A stretch of 64,000 nucleotides of DNA from Felis catus (GCF_018350175.1 NC_058368.1:1240001-1304000); one strand, 5' to 3'. Counted from the first letter of the stretch, positions 25,251 to 39,875 are shown. A program made the numbers and translations. The notes: generated from the sequence alone by a model not told the origin.

Positions 25251-27054
25251 TTCATAAAAATTACATTAAACATGTTATATGAAGTGGCTGATAGAGGATT
25301 TTTCTCATTGACCAATTCCTAAGACTTTTAGTTTTAGGAAATGTGTTGTGTCCTCTTTAATTCCCTTTGTCATTTATTTTTTCTTTGTGAATTACTGGTC
25401 CAAAATTTAAATTAAGATGTCGTGGCGGGGTGGGTCACGGCAAAGGAGTACACGGTGCGGGGGGTGGTGGGGGAAGCTTCTTGAAACCTGGATTAGAGTT
25501 CAGTACTAATCTCTTCCTCCAGATGTTTTGTGAAACCTTGTAACAAGTAGAGAAATTGTTAGTTTTGAGTTTTATTTCACTTACCATAGAAATAGTAAGA
25601 AATAATAATATAGACAAAAGGAAAGAAGAGATAAGGATGTACTTGAGAAACATCTCTTCAGGACTCAGGGAAGACTTTTTCGATATATGTGTATTTTGAT
25701 TTTAAAGAGATTTGGAAACTGAGAGAAAAGATTTTCCCAGGTGACTTTGACTTCTGGCAACATACTAGGAAGACCTATGCTACAAGTTTCTTCTTCCCTC
25801 TTCAGATATAAGAATTCTCAACAAAATATTATCTAAAAATTGTGACAAATAAGTAAGGGAAAGAAATAAAGACACGGAAGTGCCAGAAATGAAGAGAGCG
25901 TTCAAGACCAGCACAGTGAGTAGTAAGTGAACCTAGGGTGGCTGATAGGAGGGCGAATCTGAAAGTGGAACTTAGAGCCTCGGGCTGATGTCAACTTTGT
26001 CTGGAGGGCATTTATTTTTGCTTCTGGAAAGCAGTTACGGTAGGTGCGGTATCATCAATCCAAAGTCTGAACGGATTCAAACTTGGCTTGGTGAGTGTTG
26101 CCTGATTTCAGGTTACTCTTACTCCTAGTAAGCCCTTTGGAGGTCCAGACCGAAAGAGTGGGGGTATTTACAAGGGCCTGTCCTCTGGTGGACCCCCAAG
26201 TTCAATTTTTGATCTTCTAGCCCCATGAGATTGCCAGAAACTCTATTTAGCCTCTTAGCCTCTCAACTTTGTTTTTGTTTGTTTGTTTGTTTGTTTGTTT
26301 GTTTACAAATTGGCAGATGCCTTGTGAATAAGATGGTTCACTTCCCTTCTCATCTTTTCTGGCTGGGATCTTGGCTCTTCAAGTCTTTGCTACTCTGGTA
26401 GCTCTCGGAAGTTTTCATACACGTCTGTTCACATTGTTCACCTTCTCTACATGTTCTCAGCAGTAGGGTTTGTCTTGGAGAAACTAACCCACCATTACGT
26501 GAGCCAGAAATAACCTGCTTGATTATTTGAAACTATACAGTAGATAATGTTGAAAAACTTTCTAAATTTTTTTTATAAATATCATTTGATAAGATTTTAG
26601 AAGTTTTTATTACTTCAAATGATCTATTATGTAAAACTTATTTGTGATAGTCTTCTAAGTTTTTCCTCATGGATGAGTCCGGATTTTCTTTGAATCATGA
26701 GCTTTGATAGAAGTAATTGCTATTTTGAAAAAATATATGTATATTCTGCTTTTAATGATATGCACTTTGAGCATTACTTTTATCCAGTGGTTATGCTACC
26801 AACAATAAAAAGCCACTGTGGTTATTTGTGTCACGCCACGCAGGTCACGCTCAGCCTTGCTGTTGTGTACCTTTCTCGCACCAGATCTGTGCACCAGAGT
26901 GTAGTGTGTGAGGGCAGAAAATGAGACAGGGCCTTGGAAAATGCCTTCAAGAAGAACTGAGGCGTGGTGTCCACACCCCCTCTGCTTCCCCATCACTCCC
27001 AGCAGTGCGATGGGAGAATGGGTCAGTGACACCCAATTTTGAGTCTTTGCTTTT

Positions 27055-27268
27055 AATGTTTTTTTTTTTTTTAATTTTAATTTGAAAGAGAGAGAGAGAG
27101 AGAGAGAGCGTGAGGGAGGAGCAGAGAGAGAGGGAGACAGAATCCGAAGCAGGCTCCAGGTTCTGAGCCGTCAGCACAGAGTCTGACGCCGGGCTTGAAC
27201 TCTCGGACGGTGAGATCATGACCCGAGCGGAAGTTGGAGGCTTAACTGACTGAGCCACCGGGTGCCCC
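27055..27268 (-). mobile_element. Can-SINE (SINEC)
   Basis: SINE body; TSD tt(g/a)agtctttgctttt. Confidence 0.92.
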
Positions 27269-30200
27269 TTAAGTCTTTGCTTTTTCCTTATCCACTACAT
27301 GGCCTGAAATGAAATGCCTCATCCCTCTCAGCCTGTTTCCTCTTCTGTAACATGAAAGTTTACATCCCATCGTGTACAATGCCTAGGGCAGCAGACACTC
27401 ACGAGATTAGGATCTCCGATTTAAAGAGACTCACTTTGCATTTAGGAGGAAGGAGGAGCTGGACGGAGCAACAACTGGAGCCAGCAACCTACCTACTTCC
27501 ATCCTTAGAGGGAAGATGCGTGCCGGGCAACCGCCTTCCTCGAAACGGTGGCTCTCGGCCTCAGGCCTGCTCGGTATCTGCGTCTGAGGCTGTCTGCAGG
27601 TCCAAGAGGTGCGGCCACTGTGACACGGAGCAAACTGGGACACTGGGCTCTCCCCTTGTGATGGGCTTGGCTTCTGACCTTTTGTCTATATCGGAGAAGG
27701 CAAGGGAGAACGTTTGGAAAGAGAGGAGAAAGAAGATAGCCACAGCAAAACAAAGCAAAGGAGCTGGCAGGAAAAGTGGCGAGGCTCGTGGCACCAAAGG
27801 AAGCAGAAAGCCGAGCAGGATGAAGGCAGAAAGTAGACCCTGGAGAGATTCATCAGAGGTCTTGAATGCGGTTTGACTCGTGAGGAGAGTGAGGGGCGAC
27901 CGCAGGGGGTTTGAGAGAGCTGCTCAGCGGCCTGGAGAACAGACGGACCACGGGGGATGCCGTCCGTCGGGAGCAGAGGCTCCGGCCCGAGCAGAGCGAG
28001 GCCACGGCTGACACGGTGTGACGCAGGGCGACCGCCTGAGCTTCGCCCCCTTCCCCGTGTGGAACAAGCTGCTGAACGGACACACTCCTGTTTTGAGTCC
28101 CTAGGGGCCGAAAAGGGACAAATCAACCTATGCTGCTTACATAGCAGTTTCTGCCATTCTGGGGCGGAACACAGCCCAACTTTTACAGATGCGTCTCCAG
28201 AGTGGAGATACATCGGGGAGGTAGAGCTATTTTCAAAGCACCTGCTTGAAATGGCACGTGTCTGTGTTTCTGAAGACCAGTGTGAGGACAGCCAAGGAAA
28301 CGCCAGAATGTCAATCCCCCCGCTTCCCAGGCCGACCAAATTAGACTCCGGACAAACGTTCTAAATTACTTCAGGCAATTCTCTGGCCCACTGACATTTG
28401 AAAATTTGCCTGCTCATGGGCATCTGGACTGAGGCTGGCTGTATCAAAATCAACTCAGAAATCTGTTAGAAACACAGATTCCTGGGCTGTGTGTTGGGGG
28501 AACCATGGCCCGTAGTCTACATTAAGTTGATCCTTATGATTTTATAACTGGGCTTAGCACGATTTTGACAGATGTGGATGTGCTTCAGGGCAAACGTCAC
28601 ATCCTGACCCTATAAATACTAGTTCCAACTGAGAGGTGCCCATCTTCTGTTTGTGTTAGAACAGTCATGTATGGGGAAGAGGCGCGATATGATAAAATTT
28701 AAAATCCCAAGCGTCTTGTAAGTAAATTTGAGATTGTGGCACATTTTCTACCAAGCGCATCTCTTTGGTATTAGCACTGAACCTAAATACTAGTTCCTGA
28801 TGAGTGTTGGACAGCTGACTTCTATGAGCAGAATCTAGAAGACCACTCTTAGGTCTCTTTTAGGGCCAAAGTTAAACATGAAACAATTCTTCTCTCAGCT
28901 TATGCCTTCCATTTTTCGGACATTGAAGATTTAGATACTGACTACCAGTCAGAAGGGACAATCTCCGTCTTGTATACGCTGGCTTGTATTGGTATGTTTT
29001 GAATAGGAAACTAATCTCTTAGTTTTGCTTAGTAATTGCTTAGAAGCAATTACTTATAGCTGAGTACTAATTATAATCTAAAATGCCACATTAATCCTGA
29101 ATCCATACATTTAAAAGTTATGTTAGCAAAAAAATAAATAAATAAAAATCAATCGTCTTAGTGTCTAATAAGTCATATCCAGAAATAAATTTAGGTTAAC
29201 AAGTATCTTCACGTTTCTGAGGTTGGCTAATGATGGATGAGATCTGTAGCATTATCTCTAAAAAGATTTTTGGCTGCGGTCTCACAATTAATTTCTCACT
29301 GTGGTGAGTTTTTCTCACGGCGCTCTGATATCGGAATAATTTCAAGGCGTTCTGTCATTTCACCAACTTTTTTCCCTCTTAAAATGGCCTGAAAAGGCCT
29401 TGGCCAGTGGAGCCCTGTTCTTCAATCAGCATTCACCTAAGTACTCCTCGTGGGAGGGAGAAACCATAGCAACGGCAGTTCTGGCGGTTGGGGAAGTTGT
29501 CTCGCAGAGCCTCAGAGAGCTACTGTTGGGTCCCCCTCAGGATGGCAAGCTAATGAGCCTTCTTTCCTTCCCAACAGCTATGCCACAAAACTGGGAGAAG
29601 AGGCATTAGTATTCAAGACCCCAATTAATTCAATACGTATAGTGGCACTCTCTATATGAAGGGACATGTTTTGGGGGTAAAGCGAATTTGTTCTCTTCTG
29701 TCCAGGAGCCCCCACCCTAGAGGGGAAGCAAAGAGAACACAGGAGTGCAAACACAAGCAGGGCAACCCTGGGGAGGAGGGTGAGGAGGGAGTGGTTCTGG
29801 GGCGAGGCAGGGAGAATCTTGGGAATGAAGACTTTGAATTACTTTAGAAAGAAAGGCTGGAGGAAGGGGCAGACAGGGAGGACATTCTAGGCAGGAGAGA
29901 GTTGGTGCAGTGCCCAGAGGTGGGGATAAATAAGCAGTCCTCAGGAAGCAGAGTGCGTACATAGGCAGACTGGGGGTGGGGAGCACGGAGACGTCAGTGG
30001 GAGAAACCTGGAAGTACTTGCTGATGTCAGAGGATTTGGGATTTTACTTTGTGTTCGGTGGTGACTTTGCCCACTTTTGGACTCAGCCGTCACCGCTCCC
30101 TCCCTGGCACTTCAGGGGCTAGCCACACTAAATTGCTACTCCTGCGTATGCCGTGTTGCTTCCTCCATGTCTCGTCAGAAATCTCCATTCCTCCCCTCTC

Positions 30201-30777
30201 TCCCACTTAACTTCTAATCATCTTTTGAGACTCACCTTCTTCAGGACACTGCCCAGATAGGTTGGCTGCCTCCTCCCACGCCAACAACTTCCAATGACTC
30301 TTGGTTTATCACCATCATATTGTTGCATTTTCACATTATTTTAGAATTTTCTGTTTGTAGCTCTAGCTCCTCCACTAGACTGTAAAGAGGCACAATATCT
30401 CAGTCATCATTCTGTCTCCTGACACGCAATACAGAACCTGACTCCCAGGAGCCTCTTAGTATGAGTTTGCTGAGTGAGTGAGTGTCCGGCCCAGATCCAG
30501 GTTTCAGTGGAATGACCCTGGAAACTGGAGGGAATGAGTAACAGATGTGGAAAGGCTAGTTGGAAAGCCACTGGTAAGGTCCCTGAAAGAGGTAATGATG
30601 CCAGGGTAGCAGGGAGAGGCACTCGAGATCCAACGTGGAGCTGTACGAGGTATGATTTGGCCTCTGTTGGCAGAGGGAGGAGTCAGGAGGGAGAACGAGG
30701 GGGCTCACATCACGTCTCCCAAGCTGTCCCCAGCCCACACGTGTGCTTCTTTTGACCTGCAGAATATTAGCTTTAAA

Positions 30778-31953
30778 AACAGCATTTTTCACAGATCTAG
30801 AACAAACAATCCTAAAATTTATATGAAACCACAAAAGACTTCAAATAGTCAAAGCAATCTTGAAAAAGAAAAACAAAAGTGGAGATATCACAATTGCAGA
30901 TTTCAAGTTATATTACAAAACAGTAGTAATTAAGACAGTATGGTACTGGCATAAAAATAGACACATAGATCAATGGAATAGAATAGAAAACCCAGAAATA
31001 AATCCACAATTATATGGTCAATTAATCTTTGACAAAGGAAGAATGAATATACAATGGGAAAAAAACAGTCTTTTCAACAAATGGTGTTGGGAAACCTGGA
31101 CAGCCACATGCAAAAGAATGAAACTGGACCACTTTCTTTCAACATACACAAAAATAAACTCTAAATGAATTACAGACCTAAATGTGAGACCTGAAACCAT
31201 ACAAATCCTTGAAGTGTGTACACGCAGTAATCTTTCTGACCTTGGATATAGCAACATTTTTCTGATATGTCTCCTGAGGCAAGGGAAATAAAAACAAAAG
31301 TAAACTATTGGGACTACATCAAAATAAAAAGTTTCTGCACAGTGAAGGAAACAATTAACAAAAGGCAATCTACTGAATGGTAGAAGATATTTGCAAATGA
31401 TATATCCAATAAATGATATATCTGATACATATCAAATATGTCCAATAAATCAATACATAAAGAACTGATACTACTCAATATAAAAAAATAATCCAATTAA
31501 AAAATGGGCAGAAGACATGAACAGACATTTTTCCAAAGAAGACATACAGATGGCCAACTGACACATGAAAAGATGCTCAACATCACTCATCATCAGGGAA
31601 ATATCATTCAAAACTACAATGAGATATCACCTCATTCCTGTCAGAATGGCTAAAATCAACAACAAAAGAAATAACAAGTGTTGGCAAGGATGTGGAAAAA
31701 AAGAAACCCTCATGCACTGCTGGTGGGAATGCAAACTAGTGCAGTCACTGTGGGAAACTGTATGGAGGTTCCTCAAAAAATTAAAAATCGAGCTACGTTA
31801 TGATCCAGGAATTGTACTGGGTATTTACCCCCAAAATACAAAAACATTAATTCAAAGAGATACATGCACCCCTATGTTTATTGCAGTATTGTTTACAATA
31901 GCCAAACTATGGAAGCAGCTCAAGTGTCCATTGATAGTTGAACGGATAAAAGT

Positions 31954-31996
<43 letters not shown>

Positions 31997-32343
31997 GAAT
32001 ATTAGTCAGCCAAGAAACAGAATAAAATCTTAGCATTTGCAACGACATAAATGGAGCTAGACTGTATAATGCTGAACAAAATAAGTCAGTTAGAGAAAGA
32101 CAAATACCACATGACTTCACTCATATGTGGAATTCAAGAAACAAAACAAATGAGCAAAGGAAAAAAAACAAGAGAAGAGAGGCAAACCAAGAAACAGACT
32201 CTTAACTATAGAGAACAAACTGATGGTTACCAGAGGGGAGATGGGTGTGGGATGGGGGAAAGAGGTGATGGGGATTAAAGAGTACGCTTATCATGATGAA
32301 AAAAATGATTAAAAAAAATAAGAACTGTAAAATAAAAAAAAAA
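30778..32343 (+). mobile_element. 5'-truncated carnivore L1 (ORF2 C-terminus + 3'UTR)
   Basis: ORF fragments [30 protein letters not shown] and [12 protein letters not shown]...CWWECKLVQ; internal (CA)n; A-rich tail. Confidence 0.95.
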
Positions 32344-32759
32344 CCTTTGTTGTCAATATTTTAAAATCAGTAAATGTTTACATAAAAATACCAATTTCTA
32401 GCATTGATTGAAAGATCAAGTAACACTGGACCCACAGTATCATAAATCAAGAAGGAGCCAAGCTGGGAAGCAGCTGCCATCTTTGGAGAGAACCCATTGG
32501 CTACTTTACCCATTTGCTGTTGCGGCCTCTGTGAGTGTCAGTCTTGCACTAAGGGGCCAAACCTGGGAGACTGGGGAGAATGTCTTTAATCAGTGTAAAA
32601 AACCCAGGTAAGCGGATGTTTTCTTACTTCAGAGGAAAATAATTTGTTCCATTTTTTACATGATAAGTTTGAGGTGTCCACAGAGTCTTTATTGGACGCC
32701 TCTTGGAGATAGCTTGAAATATTAGTCTGAATAACCCATTTTGAAACCTGTAATAAATT

Positions 32760-33160
32760 AAAGGAGCTAGGTAATGGCCATCAATGGTTGCTGACATCGC
32801 CACTGGGAGACAACGAGACATATGCCTTCTGATGGGAATATATAATACCACCTATAAAACAGTCTTGCAAAAGGAAAAAAAATCTCCTAAGCCTTTAAAT
32901 CTAACTATCAGTTTATAGAATATACAAAAGATAGAAGAACATATAGAAGAAATACCTCAAATATGCAATCAGCAAAGTCCAGGCTATGAGAAACTCTAGG
33001 AAACAAATGATCTAGTTTCTCAGAAACAAAAAGTTACAAGAAAATAAAGAGAGGTGTAGGGGAACCAGTAGATTACAGAGGCTTGAGAGACATATTAACT
33101 AATTGCAATATACAGATTTCATTGATTTCTATTTAAACTACTATTTAAAAATAAAGAAAT
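32760..33160 (+). mobile_element. L1MC-type 3' fragment, left half (continues at ~42905-43180)
   Basis: gcaatcagcaaagtccaggct...attgcaatatacag; L1MC-like 3' text resumes after the 33.2-42.9 kb insertion. Confidence 0.55.
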
Positions 33161-33238
33161 ATTTTGCTCCCAGGATGATGGAGTTGATGTACTTTTCCCA
33201 ATTCTTCTTGCCAAGTACAACTAAAATCCTTGGAAATT

Positions 33239-33450
33239 TTTTTTTTTCAACGTTTATTTATCTTTGGGACAGAGAGAGACAGAGCATGAACGGGCGAGGG
33301 GCAGAGAGAGAGGGAGACACAGAATCGGAAACAGGCTCCAGGCTCCGAGCCATCAGCCCAGAGCCCGACGCGGGGCTCGAACTCACGGACCGCGAGATCG
33401 TGACCTGGCTGAAGTCGGACGCTTAACCGACTGCGCCACCCAGGCGCCCC
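33239..33450 (-). mobile_element. Young felid SINEC_Fc
   Basis: Consensus-like body; TSD taaaatccttggaaatt at 33222-33238 and 33451-33467. Confidence 0.95.
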
Positions 33451-36305
33451 TAAAATCCTTGGAAATTATAGAAACAAAAACATAAGAAGACCCTGAAAAG
33501 TGGAGAGAAGAAGGCAGACCAGGGAGGGACCTTGGGACTCACATGGTGGTGGGTTTGCCTAGGTGTTCTTTTTGCATCACAAATCTCAGACTTGGAGTTG
33601 AAGAAGCCAATAGTCCAAAATACCAACGGGTGCAGACAAAATCCCCCAAACCTAAAAATCCAAGATAAACATTCTGTCTCTAGCCAAAGAGCCAGGAAAA
33701 GGGAAACGTAGCAAGACAGAAAAGTTTTAGACAATGACTGCTTTACTCCAGCCTAGCATCAGAGAAATAACTTATGCCCTCACGCTGATACCAGTAAAGG
33801 CCAAAAAAGGAGTCTAGACTTAGTGAGGCTACAATGAGATGTCCCAACACCCCCTCTGGGTGGTGTCAGAGAAGGCCAAGTAGGGAGCTGGGACTTTCAT
33901 CCACTGGTTGGTAAAAAGGCCCCCATAGCCTGTGGTTTCAGTGGATGCCATGTGAGGAGCCTGAACTCTACCTCCATCAGGAAGTCATGACGTATCTCCC
34001 CCCATCCCCCAGAGTTGGCGTCAAAGGAGGCCTAGTGGAGAGCGAGGGATTTCACCATTGCCCACTAATAACAAGGCCACAACCCACCAAGGTGTCAGTA
34101 GAGATCACATTGGGAGATGGAAACCCCATCCCTTCCCAGAAATAAAGAGGGGCCCTTCTTCACCCTGAGTGTCAATGGACATCAAGTGAAAAACCTGGAC
34201 ATCTACCTCCGCCTGAGAGTAATGCGACTGTGCCCACCCCTATCCTTCTTCCCCTCTTGTGGTGTCAGAGAAAGCCAGTTAAAATAGATGATTTAAATGA
34301 AATAGATCCAGAGTCTTATAATGTAACACCAAAAGTATCTAAATTTCAATCTAAAATCCCTTATCATACCAGGATCTGAAACTGAATGATAAAATCAATA
34401 GATGCAAAAGCCAAGATGACAGAAATGCTAGAATAATCTGATAAAAATTTTAAAGCAGTCATGATGAAACTACTTCAACAAGCAATAACAAACATGTTTG
34501 AAACAAATGAAAAACAGAAAACCTCAGCAAGAAATAGAAAGTCTCAGCAGAAAAATAAAATATATAAAGAACGAATTGGAAATTTTTGGAGCTAAAAAAC
34601 ACATTAACTCAAATAAAAAGCTCAGTGGGTGGGCTCAACAGCAGAGGGATGGAAGAGAGAAAAGAATCAGTGGGCTATAATAACAAAAACCACTTGATCA
34701 GAACAAGAAAGAGAATATAGAATGGAAAAAAAGAAGGGACTCTCAGGGACCTGTATTACTATAATAAAAACCCTAATGTTTGTGTCATTGGAGTTCCAGA
34801 GGAGAGTAGAATAAGGGCAGGACTAAAAAGAGTGCTCAAAGAAATAATGGCTGAAAACTTTCCAAATTTAGCAAGAGGCATAAACCCACAGATTAAAGAA
34901 GTTAACCCTAAAGAGGATAAATCCAAATAAATGATGCCAAAATACATGATAAATAAATGTCTGAAGACTAAAGACAAAGAAAAAAAATCTTGAAATCAGC
35001 CAGAGAAAAACAATACCTTAATAATAAAGAAAAACAATCCAAATTATAGAGGATTTCTCATCAGAAATCATGGATGCCAGAAGGAAGTGGCACAATATTT
35101 TTTAAGTCAACCACAAATTCTAATACCAGCAAAAATATTCTTCATTGAATAAAGAGGAAGTCCAGGCATTCACAGATGAAAGAACATTTAGAAAATATTT
35201 CACTAACAGACATATCATAAGAGAATGGCTAAAGGAAGATCTTTATATAGAAAAGAAATAAAGGAAGGAACTTTAGAACATCAGGAAGGAATAAAGAATA
35301 GACTAAGCAAAAATATGAGTAAATACAATAGAATTTCCTTCTCCTCTTGAGTTTTCTAAATGTGACAGTTGAAACATAAATTATAACCCTCTCTAACGTG
35401 ATTCTAGATGTATGGAGAGGAAATGTTTAAAACAATTATAAAGAAAGGTAAAGAAATGGAATGGGAGGTAAGATTTCTATATTTCACCTAAATTGGTAAA
35501 ATAATGATGCAGGTAGACTGTGACGTTATATATATAATGTAATATCTAAAGCAACCACTAAAAGAGCTATACCAAGATGCACGCAAAGCTGCTAGATAAA
35601 TAAATAGGGAGTTATAAGAAGCATTTAAGCAAACCACAGGAAGTCAGGAAAAAGGAAACTGAAATAAAAAAAATAGATGTAAGAAACAGGAAACAAAAAA
35701 AAAAAAAAACAAAGTGGTGGACTTAAGCTTTACATTATCAATAATTACATTAGATATAAATGGTCTAAATACACCAATTAAAAGACATAATGACAGAATG
35801 GATTATAAAACATGACCCAACTAGGTACTGTCTATTAGAAATTCAGTTTAAATATAATGACATAGATAGGTTGAAAGTAAAAAGATGGAAAAAGACATAA
35901 GCAAAGAACCAAAGGAAAGCAATAATGGCTGTATTAATATCAGATAAAATAAACAAAAGAGTCACCAGACACAGAGAAGGACATCATATAATGATAAAAA
36001 TGGCAATTGAGTAGGAAGAAATAGCAATCCTAAATGTGTATGCACTGAACACAGAACTGAATAATATATGAAGCTCAAACTGATAGAACTGAAAGGAGAA
36101 ATGGACACATCTGCAATTAAAATTGGAGACTTCAACACCTCTCTCTCAACAACTGATAGAAGAGCTAGACAGAAAATCAGCAAGGATTTAGAAAAACTCA
36201 ACATCACCATCAACCAATAGGATCTAATTGACATTTCACCTGACAGCAAGAGAATGTTCTTTTCAAGCACTTGTGAAACATATGCCAAGATAGACCATAT
36301 TCTGG

Positions 36306-36839
36306 TTATTTTTAAACGTATCCAAGATTTGCTTTAATCAGGTAGTATAAGACATGCAGACTTGGAAATGACTGTTGTGAAGGAAAAAGTGTTAACTCAC
36401 AGTTCTCTGGAAGCAGGAGGCACAGCATACCATGAAGGGCCACATGGGGGAAGCACCAGAGTCAGCAGGAGACAGCAAGGGTGTGAAGAAATATGGGCAA
36501 AACTCTTCACTGTTGTTTCTGTGGGAAAGGCAAGGCAGGGTAAACAGTCTTAGGATTGGCTGGTTTGAAAAATTTCAGCCTGTTGTCTGGTATCTGGCCC
36601 TGGGGTGATTAGGCAGGTGGATAGTGGCCCAGAATGTGAGAGTCCTTTGAAAGCCTGGTAAAAAATGTGGCTGAGGCTATGAGTTTTGGATTGGTTTGTG
36701 TGCATATGAAAGATACACTCATGGGGGAGTTGTTTGCTATCTTTGGGAATTAGCTAGCCATAGGAGGGGCAACTTCCTCAGGGTTAGCAAGACTACAGAT
36801 GTGAAAAACATTAGAATAAAAAGATATTCTTAGTAAATG
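36306..36839 (-). mobile_element. ERVL-class solo LTR (MER54-like) inserted in the old L1
   Basis: Interrupts host text gaccatattctgg|gtcataaaacaaacc; gtagtataagacatgcagacttggaaatgactg resembles MER54. Confidence 0.65.
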
Positions 36840-36995
36840 AGTCATAAAACAAACCTCAATGCATTTAAAGTAGTTGAAATAATAAAGAGCATGTTCTCTG
36901 ATCACAGTGGAATCAAAGTAGAATCAATGACAGAAAGATAACAAGAAAATCTCCAAACACTTGGAAACTAAAACACATTTCTAAATAAACCATCA

Positions 36996-38617
36996 TGACT
37001 CTTTATGGAAAACCCAAAAGATTTCACCAAAAAACTGCTAGAACTGATCTATGAATTCAGCAAAGTTGCAGGATATAAAAATCAATGCACAGAAATCAAT
37101 TGCATTCCTATACACCAATAATGAAGCAACAGAAAGAGAAATCAAGGAATTGATCCCATTTACAATTGCACCAAAAACCATAAAATACCTAGGAATAAAT
37201 CTAACCAAAGAGGAAAAATCTATACACTGAAAACTATAGAAAGCTTATGAAAGAAATGGAAGAAGACACAAAAAAATGGAAAAATATTCCATGCTGCTGG
37301 ATAGGAAGAACAAATATTGTTAAAATGTCAATACTACCCAAAGCAATCTACATATTCAATGCAATCCCTATCAAAGTAACACCAGCATTCTTCACAGAGC
37401 TAGAACAAACAATCCTAAAATTTGTATTGAACCAGAAAAGACCCCGAATAGCCAAAGAAATCTTGAAAAAGAAAACCAAACCTGGAGGCATCACAATCCT
37501 GGACTTCAAGCTGTATTACAAAGCTGTCATCATTAAGACAGTATGGTACTGGCACAAAAACAGACACTCAGATCAATGGAACAGAATAGAGAACCCAGAA
37601 ATGGACCCACAAATGTATGACCAACTAATCTTTGACAAAACAGGAAAGAAGAGCCAATGGGATAAAGACAGTCTCTTCAGCAAGTGGTGCTGGAAAAACT
37701 GGACAGCGACATGCAGAAAAATGAGCCCGGACCACTTTCTTACATCACACACAAAAATAAACTCAAAATGGATGAAAGGTCTAAATGTAAGATAGGAAGC
37801 CATCAAAATCCTCGAGGAGAAAGCAGGCAAAAAGGGACCTCATCAAGATAAAAAGCTTCTGCATAGCAAAGGAAACCATCAGCAAAACTAAAAGGCAACC
37901 AACAGAATTGGAGAAGATATTTGCAAATGACATATTAGATAAAAGGTTAGTATTCAAAATCTATAAAGAACTTATCAAATGCAACACCCAAAAAACAAAT
38001 AATCCAGTGAAGAAATGGGCAAAAGACATGAATAGATACTTCTCCAAAGAAGACATCTAGATGGCCAACCGACACATGAAAGAATGTTCAATATCACTCA
38101 TCATCAGGGAAATACAAATCAAAACCACAATGAGCTACCACCTCACACCTGTTAATGGCTAACATTAACAACTCAGGCCACAGCAGATGTTGGCGAGGAT
38201 GCAGAGAAAGAGGATCTCTTTTGAACTGCTGGTGGGAATGCAAACTGGTGCAGCCACTCTGGAAAACAGAGTGCAATTGTAAATGGGATAGATTCCTTGA
38301 TTTCTGTTTCTGTTACTTCATTACTGGTCTATAGGATACAACTGATTTCTGTGCATTGATTTTATATCCTGCAACTTTGCTGAATTCATGGATCAGTTCT
38401 AGCAGTTTGTTTTCCAGGTTTTGAGGTTTCTCAAAAAATTAAAAATAGAACCACCCTATGACCCAGCAATTGCACCATTAGGTATTTATCCAAGAGATAC
38501 AGGTATGCTGTTTTGAAGGGGCACATGCACCCCAGTGTTTATAGCAGCAATATTAACAATAGCCAAAGTATGGAAAGAGCCCAAATGTCCATTGATGGAT
38601 GAATGGATAAAGATGTG

Positions 38618-38660
<43 letters not shown>

Positions 38661-39057
38661 ATGGAGTCTTACTTGGCAATCAAAAAGAATGAAATCTTGC
38701 CATTTGCACTACGTGGATGGAACTAGAGGGTATTATGCTAAGTGATATTAGTCAGTCAGAGAAAGACAAATATCATATGACTTCACTCATATGAGGACTT
38801 TAAGATACAAAACAAATGAACATAAGGGAAAGGAAATAAAAATAATATAAAAACATGGAGGGGGACAAAACATAAGAGACTCTTAAATATGGAGAACAAA
38901 CAGAGGGTTACTGGAGGGGTTGTGGGGGGGGGATGGGCTAAATGAGTAAGGGGCACTAAGGAATCTACTCCTGAAATCATTGTTGCACTATATGCTAACT
39001 AACTTGGATGTAAATTAAAAAAATAAATTAAATAAAAATTTAGTGTTAAAATTAAAA
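36996..39057 (+). mobile_element. Younger 5'-truncated carnivore/felid L1 with internal rearrangements
   Basis: 182-aa ORF2 fragment ([25 protein letters not shown]...); TSD aaataaaccatca at 36983-36995 and 39058-39070. Confidence 0.95.
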
Positions 39058-39111
39058 AAATAAACCATCACGGGTCAATACATTGTATTGAATGAAAATA
39101 AAAATAAAGCC

Positions 39112-39600
39112 TAACTTAAATTCCACATATGAGTAAAATCATATGGTGTTTATCTTTCTTTGACTTATTTCACTTAGCATTATAACCTCTAGATCCATCC
39201 ATGTGATTGCAGTGTCAAGACTTCACTATTTTTTATGGTCTAGCAATATTACATTGTGTGTGTATACACACACACACACACACATTCTATTGTGAGATAT
39301 ATATCACATCTTTATCCATTCATCTATGGATGGACACTTGGGTTGCTTCCACATCTTGGCTATTGTAAATAATCCTAGAGATAGGTGTGCACATATCTTT
39401 TCCAATTAGTGTTTTCATATTGCTTGGGTAAATCCCCAGAGTGGTATTAGTGGATCATGATTCTATTTTTAATTTTTTTTTGAGGAACATCCATACTGTT
39501 TTCCACATTGTTTGCACCAGTTTGCAGTATACCTGAAACTATTGTACACTGTATGTTAATTATACTGGAATTTAAAAAAAAAAGAGAGAGAGAAAAAAAC
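39112..39600. mobile_element. Short L1 with 5' inversion (minus 39112-39526, plus 39527-39600)
   Basis: Reverse L1 3' text directly joined to a forward L1 terminal end plus A tail. Confidence 0.7.
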
Positions 39601-39672
39601 ATCGCATCTTCAAAAAAAAAAAAAGAATACTCAAAACTCAATAAAAAGACAATGTCATTAAAAATACATATT

Positions 39673-39875
39673 GGGGTACCTGGGTGGCTTAGTTGGTTAA
39701 GTATCTGATTCTTGATTTTGGCTCAGGTCATGACCTCACAGTTGTGGGACTGAGCCCCATTCTGGGCTCCACACTGAGCATGGAGCCTGCTTGGGATTCT
39801 CTCTCTCCTTCTCTCTCTGCCCCTCTCCCACTCAGGTGCACGCTCCCTCTCTCTCTTGATTCCTGTCTCAAAAAA
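39673..39875 (+). mobile_element. Can-SINE (SINEC)
   Basis: ggggtacctgggtggcttagttggttaag...(CT)n...aaaaaa. Confidence 0.88.

Noticed and set aside
26178..26191. Reverse CTCF-like motif (CCACCAGAGGACAG); weaker one at 55898-55911
   Set aside because: Mismatches at informative core positions and no upstream motif; the first probably lies in an old repeat.
37247..37795. 182-aa ORF (also 30860-31168 and 31565-32005)
   Set aside because: Fragments of L1 ORF2 in truncated elements, not host genes and not autonomous.
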